Part shown: in pieces, positions 26,123 to 37,700 of the stretch | Numbering within the stretch: the stretch's first letter is position 1 | How the letters are laid out: each line of letters begins with the position of its first letter | Virus record (IMG/VR): IMGVR_UViG_3300020048_003360 | Coordinates: 144,023 to 208,022 of that record | Strand: one strand, 5' to 3' | DNA from: a virus | Taxonomy: Duplodnaviria; Caudoviricetes | Length of the DNA: 64,000 bases | Translations under genes and position numbers: made by a program | The notes under the pieces: generated by a model | What the model was told of the DNA's origin: nothing | Seen by the model: the letters and a program-made list of their open reading frames with translations, nothing else | Database searches by the model: none

Positions 26123-27424
26123 ATGTTTGTACTAAAAGCTTTTGCTACCAATAGTGTCTTTATTGACAATACGCATAATGCAGTCTCCGCTATAGGTGAG
26201 ATAACCACACAATCACTAACATATGCGCGTGATAAAGGATTTTATAAATCTTCTCTCGCACAGAATATAGATATAGTTGCGTTTACATCTAGACTAGATG
26301 GAACACCATATATACTAAATCAAAACTTAGTAGATGACATTGTGAAGATTTCTGACTTCATATATAATGCAGCTATTACTGCCGGTACTGAACTATTTGC
26401 TGATGTATTACTAAATAGTCTATTAACTACGTTCCCAACAATAATTAATAATGTTGCTTCTGGCAATATAGTAAGTGATGGTAATGTAGAAATTCCAGAG
26501 TGGGTATCATGGACTATCATAAATGACGCAGCTATAGGTACTGAAAATGAAATAAAAATATGGTTTGTAGATAGTAGTTTTCAACTACAGTATGATGAAT
26601 ATGAAATTGTAGTGATACCACCTATGGAGCCTTTAAATAATTTCTTTTTATCTACTATAGACGTCATTACGTTTTTAGATAGTCAAATACCCACTACAGT
26701 AATGGAAAGAATACAGTTAGCCAAAGCTGATTATCCAGAATCCATTATTGCTGCTAGACAATTTGATTTTGTAGACCCTACTACTCCAGGAAACTTAATT
26801 CCAACTACTTGGTATTTATTGATATACGGTGCAGCTGGTGATAATATTGACGTTATCAAGAATAAATTAATAACTTATATATTAGCAAACAGTACGTTTA
26901 ACCAAGCACAATGGACTAATATATTCCCCACTATATTTAAAACTACTGAATTTGTAATAATCCCTAGTTGGAATCGATATTCAATTCCAAATATGACATT
27001 ACAAGCTGGTATTTACTCACCTGGCATAACTATATCAGAAGCATTAAATTTACTATTGAGCACTATAGTAAATTATCCAGTAATACATATAGAAAATAAC
27101 GCTGACGTATTTTCACAGCCATATAAGGCACTTACTTTATTATCTGTTGGTAGTCCAGACAATACTAATAATATCTTTAATATTACTAATATGTTTCCTG
27201 ACTTTATTGACATACCATCAACTAGTATGGATTTTGCACGTATGAGTCAGCGTACACAAGATTGGGCTATTTTATTAGCTAGAATGATACTGATTGCTGA
27301 GACCTTAACTGTATTTAGTAGTGTGCCTTCCGATATGTCTAAAGTTGTTCGTAACGACATACTCTATATAGTAAGTAAATTTGAAAACATTAATTACTTA
27401 GTTGCTAGTAAAAAGAGTTTTTAA
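26123..27424 (+). CDS. Probable virion structural protein
   Basis: 433 aa, AAGGA RBS, located between RNase H and the spike genes as in phiKZ-like synteny. Confidence 0.55.
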   Translation: MFVLKAFATNSVFIDNTHNAVSAIGEITTQSLTYARDKGFYKSSLAQNIDIVAFTSRLDGTPYILNQNLVDDIVKISDFIYNAAITAGTELFADVLLNSLLTTFPTIINNVASGNIVSDGNVEIPEWVSWTIINDAAIGTENEIKIWFVDSSFQLQYDEYEIVVIPPMEPLNNFFLSTIDVITFLDSQIPTTVMERIQLAKADYPESIIAARQFDFVDPTTPGNLIPTTWYLLIYGAAGDNIDVIKNKLITYILANSTFNQAQWTNIFPTIFKTTEFVIIPSWNRYSIPNMTLQAGIYSPGITISEALNLLLSTIVNYPVIHIENNADVFSQPYKALTLLSVGSPDNTNNIFNITNMFPDFIDIPSTSMDFARMSQRTQDWAILLARMILIAETLTVFSSVPSDMSKVVRNDILYIVSKFENINYLVASKKSF

Positions 27425-27435
27425 GGAAAAAATAA

Positions 27436-28086
27436 ATGAGTTTATCTACAATAATACCTCCAATTGGAACTAGTGGAATTTGGTATCCATTAGCACCATT
27501 TAATACATCATTACAATTAGGTGTTCCGTATACTTTAATATCCATTAGAACACTAAGTGAAATAATTGCAAGTGATAGTGAGCCTGAAGTTGATTACTAT
27601 ACGGCTAATGGCATTGGTAGCGATATTTATGAAAGAGACTTAATAAACAATACTGCCATATTATCACTACAAAATGGTAATGGCGCAATAGTACATATTC
27701 CCAGTAGTTTCTTTACTACGTATCCTGATATAGGTGGTGTTATATATAGGGTGATGGCACTGACTGTAAATTTAGGTGCCTTACCCGACACTATGAGTTT
27801 GAGTAACTTAATTAGTAAGGTAGCTAGTGATGTTACTGAACTGATAGGCGTAGAGGCCATTGTTAAGCCTCTAGCTCTATCCGAACCCACTATGTTAAGT
27901 AGTGTAGATGCAGCTACTGTAGAGGCTGCTAGGGTGGCTAATATAGGCACTACATTAACTGACTATACTAAGTATGTAAAAGCCAGTAATGAATTAGCCA
28001 GTGCTAGACAAAAAATTATTCTACTGGAGAAAGTATTAAAACAATTACATGCAAATGGTGTAGAGTTACCAGCAATTGAGTTGTAA
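27436..28086 (+). CDS. Probable virion structural protein
   Basis: 216 aa, AAGGA RBS, co-oriented with the previous gene. Confidence 0.55.
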   Translation: MSLSTIIPPIGTSGIWYPLAPFNTSLQLGVPYTLISIRTLSEIIASDSEPEVDYYTANGIGSDIYERDLINNTAILSLQNGNGAIVHIPSSFFTTYPDIGGVIYRVMALTVNLGALPDTMSLSNLISKVASDVTELIGVEAIVKPLALSEPTMLSSVDAATVEAARVANIGTTLTDYTKYVKASNELASARQKIILLEKVLKQLHANGVELPAIEL

Positions 28087-28143
28087 ATAAAGAAAAAAAT
28101 ACCACCCAGCAGAGGACTAAGAATCTAGTCATGCTGGGTGGTA

Positions 28144-28482
28144 TTAACGAGAGTGGCGGGCAAACAACGCCTCCACTCTTGTGTTATACTCTGCGTCACG
28201 GGCAGCCAGTTTGGCCTCCCATTCGATAGCTCGGGAGGCCTTCTTAGCCTCCCACTCCTTGTCACTGGCAGCCAAACTGGCTGCCCACTCCTTATCGGAG
28301 GCCAACTTGGCCTCCTTTACCCTTGCGTTGTACTCCTTATCTTGGGCAGCCAACATGGCTGCCCACTCCTTATCGGAGGAAGCCAAATTGGCCTCCCATG
28401 ACTGTTGCTGGAACTGCTCCAGCTGCTGATGCTGCTGGATGTGAAACTGGACTTGAGAGGTAAATAATTCGTGATGATCCAT
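28144..28482 (-). CDS. Low-complexity helical protein with 11-aa (33-nt) repeats
   Basis: Repeats A.LA(A/S)SDKEW; AGGAG RBS; GC-richer than flanks. Confidence 0.6.
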   Translation of the reverse strand: MDHHELFTSQVQFHIQQHQQLEQFQQQSWEANLASSDKEWAAMLAAQDKEYNARVKEAKLASDKEWAASLAASDKEWEAKKASRAIEWEAKLAARDAEYNTRVEALFARHSR

Positions 28483-28577
28483 GATATTGCTCCTAATAAG
28501 TTAGCTATTAGAGAAATTCCAATAGCTTGTTCACTTTAGTTATATGTGACTGAAATTTTCTGCATTATACTTTTTAC

Positions 28578-28616
28578 GTCATATAGCCAGAGCTGCTATA
28601 GCTCTGGCTATATGAC
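28578..28616 (-). terminator. Hairpin terminator after the spike operon
   Basis: gtcatatagccagagc / gctctggctatatgac, nearly identical to the hairpin at 23534. Confidence 0.75.
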
Positions 28617-28621
28617 CTATA

Positions 28622-28933
28622 TTAGAATGCTTTTGCAGTATCACTACCAGTTACAGTTACACCAGATCCACCTTGTATATTTACAGTATCACCTACGCAC
28701 ACTACATTCCGTTCATCGCACTGACATAGTTCAGATCCAGTAACAGCAAAGAACGTATGTCCACAATCTGTAACGCCAGTATCTCCTACTCTTACAATAT
28801 TGATATCATCCACAACACCAGTATCGCTTCCAGTAACCCATACACCAGTACAACTTCTAGGATGATCTCTACCTGGCCCATTACACGTTCCCACAATAGT
28901 ATCGCCTATCCTGCATATATTTCTTTCTGACAT
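28622..28933 (-). CDS. PAAR-like spike-tip protein (phiKZ gp163-like)
   Basis: Threefold R.GD / TGS repeats with Cys and His (CNGPGRDHP, DCGH). Confidence 0.75.
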   Translation of the reverse strand: MSERNICRIGDTIVGTCNGPGRDHPRSCTGVWVTGSDTGVVDDINIVRVGDTGVTDCGHTFFAVTGSELCQCDERNVVCVGDTVNIQGGSGVTVTGSDTAKAF

Positions 28934-28957
28934 CGTAATACTCCGTATAAGTATTTA

Positions 28958-29761
28958 TTATTTACCTACAGCTAATCCACCCTTAATCTTAACCATGCCT
29001 TTAATATTTACTGCTGGAGAATTTAGTGTAGTTTTAGAAGTATCTGCAGAGATCGAACTACCGGCTTTCACTACTAAATCTTTACACGACATGTTTATTG
29101 TATCTGTACATGATAAATTAATATTTGTTTTATTTACTTCTACTACAGACCCATCTTGATTAACCATACTAATTTGATGTGCCGGCGTATCGAGTTTAAT
29201 ATAATTGCCCTGGTCATCCTGGATTTGAATAAAACCAGCTTCTGTATTTATTTGAATGTCATATTGATATGGCTCTCCATTGGCATTTGATGTATGTAAA
29301 TGGATATATTTTCTATGTGTAGACACTTCCATAAAATATGAATTACTAGCATCAGTAGGATCAGCTTCTACTGTAGTACCACTAAAAGCATATATTACAG
29401 TTTCTAGTTTTCGTAAATTCATATCGTTACGTAGTATTTGCCACCAATACTTATCGGTATCAGCAAATCTATATAGAATCACCAATTCACCACGCCTAAC
29501 ATCAGGTGCCGTCATTCTATTACTATCGCTAATAGGTAACCACGTAGCTGTTACGCTAGTGGTGCTATCTACACTAGTACTGTAATTAGCTTTAGAGGCA
29601 TCAGCAGCACTAGCTATTATAGATGTTATTGAATCCGATAGCTCACCATTTAACATAGTAGTGTGTTCTATAGGAGTACATTCTATATCTTTAGATGTTA
29701 GTTTTTTATTACTTGCTACCAATGCTAGTGAATAAAAATGTAACTGACTTATATTTTTCAT
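28958..29761 (-). CDS. Baseplate central spike (phiKZ gp164-like)
   Basis: OB-fold-like N-terminus (APDVRRGELV..YRFADTDKYWW) and beta-helix-like C-terminal repeats; adjacent to PAAR. Confidence 0.7.
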   Translation of the reverse strand: MKNISQLHFYSLALVASNKKLTSKDIECTPIEHTTMLNGELSDSITSIIASAADASKANYSTSVDSTTSVTATWLPISDSNRMTAPDVRRGELVILYRFADTDKYWWQILRNDMNLRKLETVIYAFSGTTVEADPTDASNSYFMEVSTHRKYIHLHTSNANGEPYQYDIQINTEAGFIQIQDDQGNYIKLDTPAHQISMVNQDGSVVEVNKTNINLSCTDTINMSCKDLVVKAGSSISADTSKTTLNSPAVNIKGMVKIKGGLAVGK

Positions 29762-29829
29762 AAACTAATTCCTTAGGTGTTTAAATATCTAGTAGATCTA
29801 TATTTTGAATAGTTAAATTAGGCCTAAAC

Positions 29830-32373
29830 ATGTTAATATTATCTCTAACGCTAGTGTTGTATCGTAGATTTGGATTAAATAATATCACAAATTTTAATAT
29901 CAATATGTCAGAACCAATACAGTGTATTATTGGCACTAATGGTAGTGGTAAATCATCACTAATATATCAATTAACACCACTGCCTCCATCTCCAGATGAC
30001 TTCCATATAGATGGCTCTAAGACTATAATAATAAATCAAAATGATAATTTATACACATTAAAAAGTACCTTTGGACCAACTCGTCACTCTTTTAAAAAGA
30101 ATGATATGGAATTAAATCCAGGTGGTACAGTAACTGTCTTTAAAGAATTAGTAAAACAAGAATTTAATATAACTCCTGAAATACACGAACTATTGATTGG
30201 AAATGAAGTATTCCACAATATGTCACCAGCTCGTAGAAGGGAGTGGTTTACTAAACTATCTGACATTAACTACGACTACGCTCTATCTGTATATGAAAAA
30301 CTAAGAGAGAGATCTAGAGATATTAGCGGTGCATTAAAGTTAGCTAAAACTAGACTAACTACCGAAATTGCTAATGTTGTATCTACTGAAGAAGAACTTA
30401 AATTAAGACGCGATATAAAACTAACACATAGTGAACTAAATCTACTACTAGAGAGAAATTCACCATTAGATAATCCAGTTAGATACTATGTTAGTGAACA
30501 AGATAGTAAATTAAAAGAATTACAAAAACTCAGTAATACATTATTACGTATGCGGTGTGTAGCACCATATGGTGTACATCCATATGGTTTAGATCCTACT
30601 GCAGCAGTAGAAAGAGATGATTGGTTAGAACCTATCACACATGGTTTTAATTCTATTGAAAAAATAGATGAGGTTATATATAGAGATAGTCACATACTAA
30701 CTGCCGGAGAAGCACTTTTAAATAATGCAGTTAGTGAACATAGTAAAGTAGCTGAAAAAATTAATATCTTAATTAAAGCTGGTGAAAACGGTATTAAGTC
30801 TTTAGTAGAAAAGGTATCTAATTTACACAAAAGAAAACTAGATATTCTAGCTAAACGCAAACTAATAATAGATGGATTAAGTGACCCAAATATAATTAAT
30901 GCATTTGACTCGGTTTATGATGTTATTATAAATATAGTATTAGTAATAGAAGAAAATAGTACAGGTAGATTTAGTAGTGTTAATTTAAATAATCTAAATG
31001 AACTATTACTTAAGTATAGAAACAATAAATTAGTTTTAACTTCTGAATTATCTAAATTAGAAGCTAAAAAACTACATATGGAGACACATAAAACAAATGG
31101 AAAGGTAGCATGTCCCAAATGTAATCATATATGGATACCTGGTTATAGTGATGAACATTTAGAACTTTTAGTTAAAGAGTTAATTAAAAAAGAAGAAGAG
31201 TTAGTTAAACTAGAGTTATTAATAACCAATACTGAAAAAGAAATAGAAGCTAATAAGGAATATAAATCATTCTATACGGATTATATTAGATGTACTAATA
31301 ACTGGCCAATTTTAAAACCAGTATGGGATTATATATCTAATGGTAATTACTTAAGAAATAGTCCACGTATGATTGTTTCTATATTGGACACACTCTATAT
31401 AGATCTTGGTTATGAGTTAAGTGCTAGGAATATAGAACTCGAAATAGTTGAAACTACAGCATTGATAAAATCAGCTGAATCAATAGGTGATGCTAATTTA
31501 TTAGATATGCAGTCTAAACTAAATGATCTTACTATATATGTAGATACTAAAACAGCTGAGTTAAATAAATTAAGAGCTAATCTATCTCAGTATAAACAAT
31601 ATAGGAAACAACTATTAGATGCTTTTAAGTTAGGTAATGAAATAACTAAATTAATGGCTGAGGTAGAACAAATAAATACAGATATGATTGAGATGTTGCG
31701 TAGAGAAGTATTAGGTCACTGTATTAAACAATTGCAGAGTAGTTTAGCCTTAAAAGAAACCACACTGAATGGAATTGATTTACATAAAGGAATTATTAAG
31801 AACTTAGAAAAACAAATAGAGGAACTAACTCTGGAGGAAATAGCCTCTAAGTTATTAGTTCAGAAACTATCACCAAATACAGGCTTAATAGGTGAAGGTA
31901 TGTTGGGTTTTATTAAGTTATTTATAAGTCAGATGAATAGCTTAATAAAAAAGATATGGACGTATAAACTACATATATTAGACTGCGGTATTGGTAATGG
32001 TGAATTAGATTTTAAATTTGGTGTTTTAATGGATACAAACACTATACCAATATCCGATATAAAACTATGTAGTAACGGTATGAAGGAAATAATAAATTTA
32101 GCATTTAAAATTATAGCTATGCGGTACTTAAATATCTCAAATAGTCCATTAGTCTTAGATGAGTGGGGTGGTGGATTTGATAGTACGCATAAACTTTCCG
32201 CTATGGCAGCTGTAAAGGAATTAATGGAAACTAAATCATACTCTCAGTTATTTATAGTATCTCACGATTATAGTCAATATGGTTCTTTAACTAATAGTGA
32301 AGTTACAGTATTAGACTCTAGAAATATAGCCATCCCAGATAACTGCAATATGCACGTTACGATTGAAAATTAA
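29830..32373 (+). CDS. sbcC: SbcC/Rad50-like SMC ATPase (phiKZ gp165-like)
   Basis: Walker A GTNGSGKSS, zinc hook CPKC within a coiled coil, signature CSNGM, Walker B LVLDE, IVSH. Confidence 0.9.
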   Translation: MLILSLTLVLYRRFGLNNITNFNINMSEPIQCIIGTNGSGKSSLIYQLTPLPPSPDDFHIDGSKTIIINQNDNLYTLKSTFGPTRHSFKKNDMELNPGGTVTVFKELVKQEFNITPEIHELLIGNEVFHNMSPARRREWFTKLSDINYDYALSVYEKLRERSRDISGALKLAKTRLTTEIANVVSTEEELKLRRDIKLTHSELNLLLERNSPLDNPVRYYVSEQDSKLKELQKLSNTLLRMRCVAPYGVHPYGLDPTAAVERDDWLEPITHGFNSIEKIDEVIYRDSHILTAGEALLNNAVSEHSKVAEKINILIKAGENGIKSLVEKVSNLHKRKLDILAKRKLIIDGLSDPNIINAFDSVYDVIINIVLVIEENSTGRFSSVNLNNLNELLLKYRNNKLVLTSELSKLEAKKLHMETHKTNGKVACPKCNHIWIPGYSDEHLELLVKELIKKEEELVKLELLITNTEKEIEANKEYKSFYTDYIRCTNNWPILKPVWDYISNGNYLRNSPRMIVSILDTLYIDLGYELSARNIELEIVETTALIKSAESIGDANLLDMQSKLNDLTIYVDTKTAELNKLRANLSQYKQYRKQLLDAFKLGNEITKLMAEVEQINTDMIEMLRREVLGHCIKQLQSSLALKETTLNGIDLHKGIIKNLEKQIEELTLEEIASKLLVQKLSPNTGLIGEGMLGFIKLFISQMNSLIKKIWTYKLHILDCGIGNGELDFKFGVLMDTNTIPISDIKLCSNGMKEIINLAFKIIAMRYLNISNSPLVLDEWGGGFDSTHKLSAMAAVKELMETKSYSQLFIVSHDYSQYGSLTNSEVTVLDSRNIAIPDNCNMHVTIEN

Positions 32374-32381
32374 GGAAAGTT

Positions 32382-32963
32382 ATGTCGAACTTAGAAACGA
32401 TACTTAATCTTTGTAGTGCAAAATTAAACATAGCGCTAAACGTAGGTGATGATGAGGCAAAACTTCAGATTAATGACGTAATTAGCATACTGGCTAAGTT
32501 ATTAGAATCAATGCCTTTAAATAGTAATTCATCTATATTTTCATTTGTGGATAATACCGTTGTTAAGGAAAGATCAGAAAATCAACTCTCTAATGTATTG
32601 GTGCGATATCTACCTTCAAAATTTATTACTGGTGGTTTAGGTGTTATGAGTAGTACTGAGCGGGGTATTGAATTCTTTACAACATATACTCCAGACATAT
32701 TTACACTACCTATAACTAGACTATTGACATGGCCAAATGGTTTTTATTTCAATCACAAAACTAAAGACAACCAGCTATTGGTGCGATCTGATTTATGCAT
32801 TATTTGTTTTGATGGCTTACCTAGTAGTAAGTTAAATATTAAGGTAGTCTTTTTACCACTAACTGAAGATTCAAAATTCATAAATTTTGAAAACTTAACA
32901 ACAAAACAGTTATCGGATGTAACATGTGATTTAGAAAATACATTAAAATATCATCTAACTTGA
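32382..32963 (+). CDS. Hypothetical protein
   Basis: 193 aa, AAGGA RBS. Confidence 0.6.
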   Translation: MSNLETILNLCSAKLNIALNVGDDEAKLQINDVISILAKLLESMPLNSNSSIFSFVDNTVVKERSENQLSNVLVRYLPSKFITGGLGVMSSTERGIEFFTTYTPDIFTLPITRLLTWPNGFYFNHKTKDNQLLVRSDLCIICFDGLPSSKLNIKVVFLPLTEDSKFINFENLTTKQLSDVTCDLENTLKYHLT

Positions 32964-32974
32964 ATGGAGTGGTA

Positions 32975-33331
32975 ATGTTAACAGAACACTGTATAGATGA
33001 TTGTGCCTGTCATCTAGATATAGCTATACTGGACGAACCAGGTAATGGTGGTGCTAATCATCACTACCGCATATCAGCACAAACCGGTAATCTAGTACCA
33101 ATTGATATTATTTTTCAAAATGGAACTATTCCTAATGCCGGTGTAAATGGAATAACTCATGAGGCATTACTAGCGATAGTGGCCGATAGATTAGCTAGTT
33201 TTCAAAATGGTCCATTTGTATGTAATGAAAATGCTGTAGCTTTAGTATATATTAACCTAGCTTTAAATTCATTACATAAAAGAACTATAAAAAGAGTCAT
33301 TAGAGAAGTAGAAGGTAAAGAAATACCGTAA
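32975..33331 (+). CDS. tad1: Tad1-family anti-defence sponge protein
   Basis: GNGGANHHY...FQNG...GITHEALLAIVADRLASFQNGPF..NENAVAL..INLAL..L.KRT..R..REVEG matches recalled Bacillus phage Tad1 (GPGGAYHEY...FQKG...DLLEIVRDRLKSFQAGPF..RENACAL..VEEALMWM.RR...R..R.V.G). GGAG RBS before ATG 32975. Confidence 0.8.
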   Translation: MLTEHCIDDCACHLDIAILDEPGNGGANHHYRISAQTGNLVPIDIIFQNGTIPNAGVNGITHEALLAIVADRLASFQNGPFVCNENAVALVYINLALNSLHKRTIKRVIREVEGKEIP

Positions 33332-33341
33332 ATTACCAACC

Positions 33342-33392
33342 GTTATATAGTCTATCATATTCCTGATGTTAGGAATATGATAGACTATATGC
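33342..33392. terminator. Bidirectional hairpin
   Basis: atatagtctatcatattcct / aggaatatgatagactatat. Confidence 0.8.
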
Positions 33393-33395
33393 TTG

Positions 33396-34634
33396 TTAAA
33401 TATTTAAACTAGTAATCTTAAGAAAATATGCGTCAGAGTAAATACTAGGTTTATTAGTAAGGGCGGTATTGTCCACACTATTCTCGTTCACAGCGTCTAC
33501 AGTATTGTAATTATAGTTAGTATGCATTGTATCCGTAGCTACTATACTATATTGTCCATCTTCATATGTAGCCCAGTAATTAATTATTTTTCCATTTTGT
33601 ACTACTAATGGATATTCTGGTTTTTCATAACTAATAAACATATCACCATATGGTGTTTTTCGTACAGGTGACTTTGTAACATAAACATCTGGATTATCTA
33701 GTATTATAAAAAATGACTGCGATAACGTTAGATATGCCATTATGTTAGCGTCACTAAAGAACTCAAAAATACTAATTTGGTTTTTATTACGTATAGTAGT
33801 GGTTAATGGTAGACTACTGAAGTCTAAATATTCTTTAGAATTAAAGTACCTATCTAGCAGAGGTATATTATTAAGACTAATCCTAAAGCTGGTGTTATTA
33901 ATCGGTTTAAAAACATCATCAGCCATTAGGTGTAGATACCCGCCCAATACTAATAAAACTGTCTTATCACTAATGTCGGTTCCTATGTCTATAAAAACAC
34001 CATCGCTATATTTTTGATCTAGATATTGCTTATAAATCATTTCTGGTTTTATTTGTACAAACTCTAGTGATCCTAATTCAGCAAAACTATAAATACCAAT
34101 TTGATTCATATTTGACTTACGTAGAGTTTTCATCCCATCTACGCAATAAATACCAGTACCATCTGTATCTGTTAAATGAAAAAAACCATTTATATTCACT
34201 AAACAACTTTTAAAAAATAAATTATAATCTAAAGTTGGTTTAGTTAAATACAGCCAGTTTTTATCTGATTCTGGCTGATTAGCAGTTACTGATGTATTTG
34301 GATTTACAGCTACAATTGAGTATCCGGCTTTAAAAGCGTCGGCATATTTAGCTGTTGTTAATTTTGGTATTGTATCTATGGGTAGTGTCGGTAGTGTTTT
34401 ATTACCATTTTCTATTAGAAATTGAGTTAACGTAAGTGTTAAACCATTCGTATTTGGTAAGATACTACCTAAATCTACAATTACATTATTTGGTAAAAAC
34501 TGATTCGATAAAGTGACTATTATTTTAGAATACTCACTCATTAGTGTATTTAGTGGGATATTACTAATATCGTCATCTACCCAAATACCAGTACCACTAG
34601 CTCTTCTTGACATTGATGAAATAAATTGATACAT
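33396..34634 (-). CDS. Probable virion (baseplate) structural protein
   Basis: 412 aa, divergent from the tail-fibre gene; conserved-looking blocks (CLVNINGFFH, LVLGGYLHL). Assignment from recalled synteny. Confidence 0.5.
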   Translation of the reverse strand: MYQFISSMSRRASGTGIWVDDDISNIPLNTLMSEYSKIIVTLSNQFLPNNVIVDLGSILPNTNGLTLTLTQFLIENGNKTLPTLPIDTIPKLTTAKYADAFKAGYSIVAVNPNTSVTANQPESDKNWLYLTKPTLDYNLFFKSCLVNINGFFHLTDTDGTGIYCVDGMKTLRKSNMNQIGIYSFAELGSLEFVQIKPEMIYKQYLDQKYSDGVFIDIGTDISDKTVLLVLGGYLHLMADDVFKPINNTSFRISLNNIPLLDRYFNSKEYLDFSSLPLTTTIRNKNQISIFEFFSDANIMAYLTLSQSFFIILDNPDVYVTKSPVRKTPYGDMFISYEKPEYPLVVQNGKIINYWATYEDGQYSIVATDTMHTNYNYNTVDAVNENSVDNTALTNKPSIYSDAYFLKITSLNI

Positions 34635-34734
34635 GGGGCTTTTCCTTTATCATATAGTGGTTACACCAGCATAGGATTAGGAGACTATTTAAATCTACTA
34701 ATTTTAGTTAATTTAGTAATATTGGAGTCAGATA

Positions 34735-37700
34735 ATGCCAAACAATATAGTCCCAGTTTATCCATTAGATCCTACTGGACAATTAGCATCAAACCTAATA
34801 CTTAATGAATCACAAATACTAACGGCTAGTAATGGCATAAATTATCATTTTTTAGTTCCTATAAATGGACCTTTTTTTGAAAATAGTTTAGTCGTCACGT
34901 TAACCAATCCAACTACAAATGAAGTTACTGTATTAAGTAAGGGTATAGATTTTTATCCTAGTCATTGGTTTATATCTGCCAGTAGAGCGTGTGCTAATTC
35001 TATTTATGGTTCTATTACGTTTTTAGATAAAACACTAAATGGAATAATTAAATTACGTTACCAAACTATTGGTGGTGATTGGACTATTGATTCTAGTGAG
35101 ATAGCTACAGTTCTGGCAGATACATTACATAATCCTAGAATTACTGCTTGGGAAGAAGTAGTTGACTACCCATTTGCTTTTCCACCAATTCCACATCAGT
35201 GGAATTTAGTAGATATGGTGGGAATGAGTGATGTGGTAGATACGTTAAGCGCTATAAATAATAGCATTATTGAACAAACTGCTAGTAGCACGCAATCATC
35301 TATTGTAGTGGCAACTGCTACTTTAGAAACATATAGTCCCACTGCTGGCACTATAGTGGCAGGAGATACCCTTCTAACTGCATTACAAAAAATTGGCGGT
35401 AATATAGCTAATGAGATTACTAGAGCCACTACAGCTGAAGGTTTATTAGTACCCAAAACTACTACTGTAAATGGTAAAGCACTAAGTACCAACATTACAT
35501 TATCTAAGTCAGATGTAGGTTTAGGTAATGTAGATAATACTAGTGATGTTAATAAACCAGTATCTACAGCACAAGCTACAGCCATTGCTTTAAAAGCCAA
35601 TATTGCTAGTCCTACTTTTACTGGTACAGTAAGTGGCATTACTAAATCTATGGTAGGTTTAGGTAATGTAGATAATACGTCTGATGCCAATAAACCAGTA
35701 TCTACAGCACAAGCTACAGCTATAAATACCGCCATAGATCAAGCAGTGTTATTAGTTGGTAGCTCAACAGAAATATCTAGCACAATACAAACTGCTTTAA
35801 ACTTAAAAGCCAATCTAGATTCTCCAGCATTAAGCGGTATTCCATCTGCACCTACAGCTGCTGTTAATACCAATACCACTCAAGTAGCTACCACTGCTTT
35901 CGTAAATGCAGAAATAGCTAATGACGCACCTAGTAAGACAGGTACTGGTGCATCTGGTACATGGGGCATATCCATTACTGGTAATGCAGCTACAGCCACT
36001 AAATTAGCTACAGCTCGTACTATAGGTGGTGTATCATTTGATGGTAGTGCTGACATTAACTTACCTGGTGTAAATGCTGCTGGTACTCAGAATACTAGTG
36101 GTAGTGCTGCTAGTTTGACTAATACACGTTCAATAGCCATCACGGGTGATGCAGCTTGGGCTGTTAACTTTAATGGTAGTGCTAACGCATCTGCAATATT
36201 AACATTAAGTGCTAGTGGCGTAGCTGTTGGAACGTATAGGTCTGTAACAGTTAATGCTAAGGGACTAGTAACTGCTGGTACTAATCCAACTACTATTAGT
36301 GGTTATGGTATTACTGACGCATACACAAAAACTGAAGTAGATGGTCTTATTACAGGACTTGACTTTAGGGCATCGGTTAGGGTTGTTTCTACTTCTAACA
36401 TTACTCTATCTGCCACACAAACTATTGACGGAGTATCAGTAGTGGTTGGAGATAGGGTTTTAGTCGCTGGACAGACTACTGCCTCTCAAAATGGTATTTA
36501 TGTAGTATCTGCTGGAGCTTGGGTCAGATCGAGTGATGCTGATAATACACCAGCAAATGAAGTAACTGCAGGTATGTATACTTTTGTTAGTGAGGGTACT
36601 ACATATGCTGATTCTGGTTGGGTATTAACTACAAATGACAATATTGTATTAGGTACTACAGAATTAGTTTTTACTCAGTTTAATGGATTAGGTCAAATAA
36701 CTGCTGGTAATGGTTTAACTAAGACAGGAAATGTAATTAATGCTGTTGGTACCGCCGGCCGTATCATTGCTAATGCAGATACAATTGACCTCGCTACTGT
36801 AACGCAATCTACAGGAGCTTCATTTGTTAAGCTTACATTAGATGCATATGGCAGAGTAAGTGGTAATAGTGCTGTTGCACTTAGTGACTTAACCACTTTA
36901 GGTGCTTCTACATTATCGTTAGGCACTACAGATGGTTTGGCATTAACTACAAATGGTTCTAATGGTTCTGCAACAACAGCGGCTAAATCAGACCATACAC
37001 ATCCATTTCCAACTAAAGTTAATTTAGGAGCTACTACTCTTGGTAGCAATCTATTCACTATAACTAATCCTAGTGCTGTAACATTTCCAAGATTTAATGC
37101 AGATAATTCAGTTACGTCTTTAAGTGCTGCTGATTTTAGAAGTGCAATTGGAGCGGGTGTAGGTGGTGGAGACTTCTCAAGTAATACTGCTACTTCAGTA
37201 GATGGAGAAATAGTATTATTTAACGGTACATCTGGTAAGTCTGGTAAAAGAGCCACTACCACTGGTTTATTAAAAGCCACCAGTGGTGTTATGAGTGCTG
37301 CTGTAGCTGGAACTGACTTTATAGCGCCTAGTGGTGCACTGGGTACACCAAGTAGTGGTACGTTAACGAATTGTACTTTTCCAACATTAAATCAGAATAC
37401 TACTGGTAATGCAGCTACCGTTACTACTAATGCTAATCTAACTGGTGAAGTTACATCAGTAGGTAATACTACTACTGTAACTAATGCAGCTGTAATTGGT
37501 AAGGTATTAACTGGATATGCTAGTGGAGCTGGTGCTGTAGCTGCTACAGATACTATATTGCAAGCTATTAATAAGCTAAATGGTAATGATGGATTAAAAG
37601 CCAATATAGCTGATACCTATACTAAAGCAGAAATAGATAGTCAACTACAGGGTCTAAAACCCAAAGCTAGTGTACTAGCAGCATCTACTGCAAATATTGC

